From the NCBI GenBank assembly GCA_028714515.1, contig JAQTMF010000001.1, positions 1-42,748 of the forward strand: a DNA stretch of 42,748 nt, given 5' to 3'. The stretch is from Chthoniobacteraceae bacterium. Lineage in GTDB: Bacteria; Verrucomicrobiota; Verrucomicrobiia; Chthoniobacterales; Chthoniobacteraceae. Position 1 is the first letter of the stretch. The number at the start of each line of letters is the position of its first letter. The translations under genes and the position numbers were made by a program. The notes below the pieces were generated by a model. The model saw nothing but the letters and a program-made list of their open reading frames with translations, had not been told where the DNA came from and searched no databases. This document shows, in pieces, positions 35,217 to 42,748 of this stretch.

Positions 35217-36107
35217 ATGACACCCGACATCCGCATCGGCACCATGGCCGGCAAAGGCCCCCGCACCGCCGAATACATCGCGAAAATCCTCCCGCACGGC
35301 TTCGAGAGCTTCCAAATCAACTTCTGGCAACAAGTAGACACCGACCTGCCCCGGCTCGCCGAAGAAACGGCCGGGATACTCGACGGCACCGGCGCCGTCA
35401 TCTCCGCCCTGGGCATCTACGGCAACCCGCTGGGGAGCGAACCCGGCGACGAGCGGACCCGCGAGGGCTGGCGCGCCTGCATCGAAGCGGCCCCGCGCTT
35501 CGGGTGCGACCTCGTCTGCGGCTTCACCGGGCGCGTGCGCGGCCGCCCCGTGGAGGAATCCCTCCCCCGGCTGCGCGAAATCTTCGAGCCGCTGGCCCAG
35601 CGCGCGGGCGAACTCGGCGTGCGGCTGGCCTTTGAAAACTGCCCCATGGGCGGCACCTGGCAAACCGGCGACTGGAACATCGCCTTCCACCCCAGCGCCT
35701 GGGACCTGATCTTCGAAGCGCTCCCCCACGCCCACATCGGGCTCGAATGGGAACCGTGCCACCAGCTTTGCCAGCTCATCGACCCCATGCCGCAACTGCG
35801 CCAATACGGGAGCCGCATCTTCCACGTCCACGGCAAAGACGCCAAAGTCTACCGCGACATCGTGGAGCGCGAAGGCGTCTGCGGCCCGCACCCCTTCGCC
35901 TACCACAAGCACCCGGGCCTGGGCGACAGCAACTGGACCCGCATCATCGAAGAACTGCGCAAAGGCGGGTTCCGTGGAGCCATCGACATCGAAGGCTGGC
36001 ACGACGACGTCTACCGCGACGCCCTGGAAATGACCGGCCAAGTCAACGCCCTCAAATACCTGCGCGCCTGCCGTCTCGACTACATCCCCAACCCGGAAGG
36101 CTTCTAA
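35217..36107 (+). CDS. sugar phosphate isomerase/epimerase (xylose isomerase-like TIM barrel)
   Basis: 296 aa. LAFENCP, HVHGKD and IDIEGWHDD metal-ligand-type blocks are typical of AP_endonuc_2/TIM-barrel isomerases. 33 nt after the oxidoreductase gene. Confidence 0.8.
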   Translation: MTPDIRIGTMAGKGPRTAEYIAKILPHGFESFQINFWQQVDTDLPRLAEETAGILDGTGAVISALGIYGNPLGSEPGDERTREGWRACIEAAPRFGCDLVCGFTGRVRGRPVEESLPRLREIFEPLAQRAGELGVRLAFENCPMGGTWQTGDWNIAFHPSAWDLIFEALPHAHIGLEWEPCHQLCQLIDPMPQLRQYGSRIFHVHGKDAKVYRDIVEREGVCGPHPFAYHKHPGLGDSNWTRIIEELRKGGFRGAIDIEGWHDDVYRDALEMTGQVNALKYLRACRLDYIPNPEGF

Positions 36108-36234
36108 AAAAGGGGCGTCCCCGGGTGGCAGAGGCGGCGAAAGCCAGGGATGTGGTGAGCGGCGCATGGACGCGCCTCGACCACCGGCGCTCCCAAGTCA
36201 TCCGCTACATCTTTTCCGGAAGCGCTATAGGAGC

Positions 36235-36351
36235 TGTTTACGAATTCAAAGAGGTTTATCCGCAGATTTAAAGGCAGAAGATCCATTTTTGTTATTCCGG
36301 GAATCTGCGAAAATCTGCGGATGAACCTCTGTCTTTTGGAATTCGTGAACA
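36235..36351. repeat. MITE/REP-like imperfect inverted repeat (copies B and C of the TCTGCG-unit family) between convergent genes
   Basis: Left arm TGTTTACGAATTCAAAGAGGTTTATCCGCAGATTT (36235-36269). Right arm AAATCTGCGGATGAACCTCTGTCTTTTGGAATTCGTGAACA (36311-36351). 41-nt spacer. The right arm is a direct copy of 33104-33137. Confidence 0.7.
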
Positions 36352-36355
36352 CGGC

Positions 36356-38749
36356 CTAGCGCCGTCTGCGCCGCCTGCCGCCTTGGCGGCTTTTCGGGCG
36401 CTCTTTTTCTCCTGTTTGCCGGGGCGCAGGGGCTGCCTTTTCGGCCCCTTGCGGTTTGTTCCTCGGCTGCCTTGGCTGTCTGGAGGGGCGCGGGGGTCTT
36501 GGCTCCCGGGGTTCCCGTGCCTGCCCTTGCGCGGCTTTGGGCGCGGGCGCTTTCTTCCCCTTCTCTGGCGCGGGCTGGAAGTCGATCATCTGCTTGTACA
36601 TGTCCACCTTGGCCACGGCCACTTCGATGTGCTCGCCGGCGGCGAAGACGCGGTGGGTCTTGCGGCCCACGAAGCGCATCCGGGCCGGGTCGTAGAGGTA
36701 GAAATCGTCCGAGAGCGCCGAGACGTGGACCAGGCCGGTGATGAGAAATTCCGGCAGTTCGACGACGAAGCCATAGTTGCGGACGTCCAGGATGACGGCG
36801 GTGAATTTGTCGAGGCGTTCGGCGGCCCGGGCGAAGAACTCGATCTTTTTGAGCTTCACCGATTCCCGTTCCGCGTCCTGCGCCGTCCGTTCCGTTTGCG
36901 AGATCCGCTCCGCCACGGCGGGCAGGTCGGCCGCCGCGATGCGCTGGCGCGCTTCGCCGATATGACCCAGTACGCGGTGCACGACGAGGTCGGCATAGCG
37001 CCGGATGGGGCTGGTGAAATGCGTGTAGTTCACTTTGGCCAAGCCATAGTGGCCCAGCGCCCGGGTCCCGTAGGCGGCCCGTTTCAGGCTTTTCAAGAAG
37101 GAGATTTTGAGCGCGTATTCCTCCGGCTTGCCCTTGATGGCCTCCAGGAGCCGCTGGACTTCGGCCCGCACCGTCAGGTCGCCCACGCGGTAGTTGTAGA
37201 GGCGCACGAGGTCGCGGAATTCGTCGAGCTTTTCCTCTTCCGGGTTTTCGTGGATGCGGTAGAGCGAGGGGTAGTTCTTGATTTTCGTCTCCCGCGCGAC
37301 GGCCTCGTTGGCGGCGAGCATGAACTCCTCGATCAACTGGTGCGAGGCGTCGTTCTCGACTTTTTCCAGCTTCACGGGCGTCCCCTCGGCGTCGAGCCAG
37401 ACTTTGACTTCCGGGAAATCGAGGTCGAGCGATCCGGCTTCAAAGCGGTTCTTGCGAAGGATGGAGGCGAGTTGCCACGCCAGCCGGATGTTGGTGGCGA
37501 CGGCCTCGGGGATGACTTCCGTCCGGTCCGGGACGGTGAGCGAGAGCGGCTCGGGCTCTTTGCCGGAGAGGATGGCGAAGGTCTGTTTGTAGGTCAGCCG
37601 GGCTTTGCTGCGGATGACGCTCATGGAGAAACGGGCGCTGCGCATCTTGCCGCCTTTGGTGAACTCCAGGAACGCGGAGCGCGTTAAGCGGTCCACGCCG
37701 GGCTTGAGCGAGCAGATGCCGTTGCTGAGACGCTCGGGGAGCATCGGGATCACGCGGTCGGCCAGGTAGACGCTGTTGCCGCGTTCGAACGCCTCTTTGT
37801 CCAGCTCCGTGCCGGGGAAGACGTAGTGGCTCACATCGGCGATGTGGACGCCCACGCGCCAGCCGTTCTCGGTGCGCTCCACCTGGATGGCGTCGTCAAA
37901 GTCGCGGGCGTCGTCCGGGTCGATGGTGTAGATGAGGGCGTCGCGCAGGTCCTCGCGCCGGGCGAGTTCGGCGGGCGGCACCTGCTCCGGGATGCGGGCC
38001 GTCTCGGTGGCCACCGCGTCCGGGAAGGCCGTGGGGAGATGGTATTTGCGGACGATGGAGAGCATGTCCACGCCGGGCGCGGAGGCCGCCCCCAGCACTT
38101 CGATGATCTCCCCCTCCGGGTTGACGTTGGGCGAGGTCCATTCGTCGAGATGAACGACCACTTTATCCCCCACGGCGGGCGGCTGGGGCAGCAGGGCCGC
38201 GCCGGGGTGGACGTAGATGTTGTGGCCGATGCGCGGGTCGTCCGGGATGACGAAATGGAATTTCTGCGTTTTTTGCAGCGTGCCGACGAGGGTTTCGCTC
38301 GCCCGCTTGAGGATGCGGATGACGCGCCCCTCGCGGCGTTCCCCGGCGGCGGGCAGGCGGCGGTGAAAGCGTTCGATGCCTTCGATTCCCTCGTGGAGGA
38401 TCCGGGCCACCACGCGGTCGCCGTTCATCGCCGTCCAGAGATTTTCGGAGGCGATGTAAAGATCGGGCTGCCCCGGGCGCTCGCTCAGCAGATGGGCGTT
38501 GCCGCTCATGTGCACCTGCAGAACGCCCGTGACCAGTTCCGCCTCCTCCGGCAGCACGTAGCGGTCTTTGCGAACGCGCGCGATTTCGCCGCGTTCTTCG
38601 AGAGCGCGGAGCGCGTCGCGCAAGCGGGCGCGGTCGTCGGGCGTAATGCCCAGTTTTTTGGAAAGCGCGACTTTATCGAGCGGCTGGTAGCGGGGGGAGC
38701 GCATCAGCGCGAGGATGCGTCCTGCAAGGTCTTGAGGTTTTGCGCACAT
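36356..38749 (-). CDS. rnr: ribonuclease R (RNB-family 3'-5' exoribonuclease) with S1 domain and a basic C-terminal tail
   Basis: 797 aa. RNB motifs TIDPDDARDFDDA and RVIPMLPERLSNGICSL. HFTSPIRRYADLVVHR present. C-terminal Lys/Arg/Pro-rich tail ending GGRRRRRR. Confidence 0.92.
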   Translation of the reverse strand: MCAKPQDLAGRILALMRSPRYQPLDKVALSKKLGITPDDRARLRDALRALEERGEIARVRKDRYVLPEEAELVTGVLQVHMSGNAHLLSERPGQPDLYIASENLWTAMNGDRVVARILHEGIEGIERFHRRLPAAGERREGRVIRILKRASETLVGTLQKTQKFHFVIPDDPRIGHNIYVHPGAALLPQPPAVGDKVVVHLDEWTSPNVNPEGEIIEVLGAASAPGVDMLSIVRKYHLPTAFPDAVATETARIPEQVPPAELARREDLRDALIYTIDPDDARDFDDAIQVERTENGWRVGVHIADVSHYVFPGTELDKEAFERGNSVYLADRVIPMLPERLSNGICSLKPGVDRLTRSAFLEFTKGGKMRSARFSMSVIRSKARLTYKQTFAILSGKEPEPLSLTVPDRTEVIPEAVATNIRLAWQLASILRKNRFEAGSLDLDFPEVKVWLDAEGTPVKLEKVENDASHQLIEEFMLAANEAVARETKIKNYPSLYRIHENPEEEKLDEFRDLVRLYNYRVGDLTVRAEVQRLLEAIKGKPEEYALKISFLKSLKRAAYGTRALGHYGLAKVNYTHFTSPIRRYADLVVHRVLGHIGEARQRIAAADLPAVAERISQTERTAQDAERESVKLKKIEFFARAAERLDKFTAVILDVRNYGFVVELPEFLITGLVHVSALSDDFYLYDPARMRFVGRKTHRVFAAGEHIEVAVAKVDMYKQMIDFQPAPEKGKKAPAPKAAQGQAREPREPRPPRPSRQPRQPRNKPQGAEKAAPAPRQTGEKERPKSRQGGRRRRRR

Positions 38750-38773
38750 AGGCGGGAAAAGAGAACGCCGCCT

Positions 38774-38813
38774 AGATTACACCGAATTCGCCGCTTGGAA
38801 ACAAGATACGGCG
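38774..38813 (-). promoter_or_regulatory. conserved upstream motif, copy 1 (candidate promoter of rnr)
   Basis: Minus-sense CGCCGTATCTTGTTTCCAAGCGGCGAATTCGGTGTAATCT, ending 24 nt before the rnr ATG. Shares CAAGCGGCG-N6-GTGTAATCT with copy 2. Confidence 0.3.
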
Positions 38814-38815
38814 TA

Positions 38816-39787
38816 TCACTGATCCCGGGGCAGCCGGAAGATCTTGCCCTGGGTGTAGGGGTCGCGCACTTCGGTTCCGGGCGGCATCCCGCGAGCGTCG
38901 ATGAGCCCTTGGTCCGGGGCGAACGGGCTGCGGAAAAATCCCGGTTTGCCCGGCTCGGGGATCGCGTCCGGTATTTCGCCCGCTTTCGCCGGGGTCGCCT
39001 TGGGCTGGGCCGCGTTGTTTTCGTCCGCCGGTTCCTGGGATTCCGCCGCGTCCGGTTCTCCCGTGATCCCGAGGATCGGCCCCAGATCGATTTTCTTGTC
39101 GTTGCGCTTCAGCTTGGGTGCGTAAAGGCTGGAGACGGTGCCGTCGAGGAAGAGGGCGTCGGGGCAATGCAGTTCGTCGCGGAAGAATTGGGCGAATTCG
39201 TAAAAGCTGACCGGCTCCTCGCTGAGGACGAAGACGACGGTCTGCGGAGAGACGACCCCCACGCCGTTGCGGATCAGCCGGGAATCGGAGCCGGGGGTGA
39301 ACGCCGGGTGGATCTTATTGGCGCGCACGAGCAGCGGGCCGGATTGCGTCGCCACCGAAGCGGGCTCGGAGAGGGCGGGATATTCCGACGATTCGACGAT
39401 CCGCGCGCCGCTCTTGGAAACCAGGAACACGCCGTTGGGCTTGAGGAAGAAATTGCCCTCCCCCTTCGCGAGATTCAGCGGCGTCACCTGCTTGCCGTTG
39501 GCAATGGCGAGCCCCACCGGCGCGAGGTTGGCGTGGTACATCCCGGCGTTCATGGCGAAGAGCAATCCGCGCCCTTGCGGCTGGAGCCATTGGGCCACGC
39601 CGTCGAAGGATTTGAACGGCTGCCCCGCGTCGTCGCGCACGAAGAGTTCCAGGCGCTCCTTGCGAAGGTCCACGCGGCAGACGGTGGCGCGTTTCCCCGC
39701 CACGGAAGCGGTGCTGAATTCCACGCCGTGGCTGAGGTTCAGGCCAAAGAGCAGGCATGCCGCGAAAACAAGAATGCGTTTCATCAT
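38816..39787 (-). CDS. phosphodiester glycosidase family protein (DUF2233/NAGPA-like), secreted, with an 80-aa C-terminal tail
   Basis: Signal MMKRILVFAACLLFGLNLSHG. AMNAGMY, FFLKPNGVF, QSGPLLV, RNGVGV and ALFLDGTVSS blocks are typical of DUF2233. Confidence 0.8.
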   Translation of the reverse strand: MMKRILVFAACLLFGLNLSHGVEFSTASVAGKRATVCRVDLRKERLELFVRDDAGQPFKSFDGVAQWLQPQGRGLLFAMNAGMYHANLAPVGLAIANGKQVTPLNLAKGEGNFFLKPNGVFLVSKSGARIVESSEYPALSEPASVATQSGPLLVRANKIHPAFTPGSDSRLIRNGVGVVSPQTVVFVLSEEPVSFYEFAQFFRDELHCPDALFLDGTVSSLYAPKLKRNDKKIDLGPILGITGEPDAAESQEPADENNAAQPKATPAKAGEIPDAIPEPGKPGFFRSPFAPDQGLIDARGMPPGTEVRDPYTQGKIFRLPRDQ

Positions 39788-39809
39788 ACTGAGGAGGAGA
39801 CGGCCCCAG

Positions 39810-39850
39810 AGATTACACGGATCGCGCCGCTTGAAAACGAGAAACGCGCG
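39810..39850 (-). promoter_or_regulatory. conserved upstream motif, copy 2 (candidate promoter of the DUF2233 gene)
   Basis: Minus-sense CGCGCGTTTCTCGTTTTCAAGCGGCGCGATCCGTGTAATCT, ending 22 nt before the ATG at 39787. Confidence 0.3.
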
Positions 39851-39926
39851 GTAGGGGCGGCACTCCGTGCTGCCCGCACGCCCGAACGGAAATTACGCTC
39901 TGAGCGGACGGCACGGAGGGCCCTCC

Positions 39927-42110
<2,184 letters not shown>

Positions 42111-42116
42111 GAGGAA

Positions 42117-42527
42117 TTACGCTTGCCCGTTTTCGGTGGCTGTCAACACCTGCAGGGCTTTTTTGCTGTTGCTCACGCGCAAAATGAGCAGCCCCTTCTT
42201 GGAGTCCGGGTTGGTGGCCAGGTAGGCGTATTCGATGTTGATCTTGTACTCCGCCAGCTTTTTGGCGATCCGGGAAAGTCCGCCCGGTTTGTTGGTGTTG
42301 TTGATCATGAGCACGTCGTTCTCCACGACGAGCACCCCGCGTTCCCCGAAAAGATGGATCGCCTTGCGGGTGTCGCTCACGACCATGCGCACCACGGCGT
42401 GGTCCACCGTGTCGGAGATGGTCAAGGCGTAGATATTGATGCTGGCCTTGGCGAGTTCGTCGCAGACATCGGCGAGGGTGCCGGGCTTGTTGGCAAGAAA
42501 AACGGCGAGTTGGGTGACGATATCCAT
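42117..42527 (-). CDS. tandem ACT-domain protein
   Basis: MDIVTQLAVFLANKPGTLADVCDELAKASINIYAL, then a second NKPGGLSRIAKKLAEYKINIEYAY repeat. ATG at 42527 chosen. The stop lies 6 nt before the glgX ATG. Confidence 0.75.
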   Translation of the reverse strand: MDIVTQLAVFLANKPGTLADVCDELAKASINIYALTISDTVDHAVVRMVVSDTRKAIHLFGERGVLVVENDVLMINNTNKPGGLSRIAKKLAEYKINIEYAYLATNPDSKKGLLILRVSNSKKALQVLTATENGQA

Positions 42528-42660
42528 AGGTGCGGGAAGGTGAAGGGTTGCTGAAAGAACGGCCGCCATTCTGCGCCCGGCCGGGTCCCAAGCTCAATGC
42601 GGAAATTGGGAGGAATCAGCGCCCCCCCCGCGTTTGACAAAAGCGCCCGTCTTCCCAACA

Positions 42661-42748
42661 ATGCGCGGCATCTTCTACCGGAATATGCCCACCCCTTCCC
42701 GTCCCGGTCCCCGCTGGCTTGATGTTGCCGCCCTCGTGCTGGCTCTGG
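42661..42748 (+). CDS. possible 5' end of a gene running off the window (MRGIFYRNMPTPSRPGPRWLDVAALVLAL...)
   Basis: ATG at 42661 with an open frame to the window end. A TTGACA hexamer lies about 26 nt upstream. A hydrophobic run starts at the end. Only 29 codons are visible. Confidence 0.25.
   Translation, partial: MRGIFYRNMPTPSRPGPRWLDVAALVLAL

Noticed and set aside
34149-36167. 672-aa minus-strand ORF spanning the oxidoreductase and isomerase genes and their intergenic spacer
   Set aside because: It crosses two well-supported plus-strand genes. It has shadow-frame composition (G/A/V/D/F-rich) and no family motifs.
33061-36351. TCTGCG-unit repeats as a possible CRISPR array
   Set aside because: The units are 8-10 nt with irregular spacing, in both orientations, split over two loci 3 kb apart, and there are no cas genes. 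They are REP/MITE-like, not CRISPR.

Overview
GC-rich bacterial chromosomal window. Hand counts of single 60-nt lines give about 63-77% GC in the flanks. Gene content resembles the PVC superphylum (Verrucomicrobiota-like); this is an inference, not a database result. I call 27 protein genes, including one 5'-truncated gene at the left edge, plus one tRNA and a possible gene start at the right edge.

Left to right:
1. A translationally coupled 4-gene envelope operon of unknown function: a GATase1-like TM protein, a DUF4175-like membrane protein, a 753-aa secreted coiled-coil protein and a PA14-like lipoprotein.
2. A secreted SGNH hydrolase on the minus strand.
3. A glycan-utilisation operon: GH65 phosphorylase, beta-phosphoglucomutase, an ADP-ribosylglycohydrolase-fold protein, an SASA-type O-acetylesterase and a 1106-aa clan GH-A glycosidase with CBM-like domains.
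4. A block of lower GC (sample lines about 50-53%) centred on tRNA-Thr(UGU). On one side it carries a LysR regulator divergent from an operon of a signal-less NrtA/NasS-like binding protein, urtABCDE-type amide/urea ABC transporter genes and AmiF-type formamidase. On the other side it carries an RHS/YD-repeat gene with no core or toxin end.
5. Class II (B12-dependent) ribonucleotide reductase nrdJ, with an NrdR box and a long repeat-rich leader.
6. An AraC / Gfo-Idh-MocA oxidoreductase / sugar-phosphate-isomerase module bracketed by REP/MITE-like repeats.
7. RNase R, a phosphodiester glycosidase (DUF2233), GlgX and an ACT-domain protein, all on the minus strand.

I saw no CRISPR array, rRNA, transposase, integrase or recognisable defence system. 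The long antisense ORFs in the track are GC-driven shadow frames.

The most unusual items are the LysR + cytoplasmic NasS-like + Urt + AmiF arrangement beside tRNA-Thr, the toxin-less RHS gene, the structured nrdJ leader and the repeat family at 33.1 and 36.3 kb. I found no clear-cut novel multi-gene system, and all family calls need HMM/BLAST confirmation.
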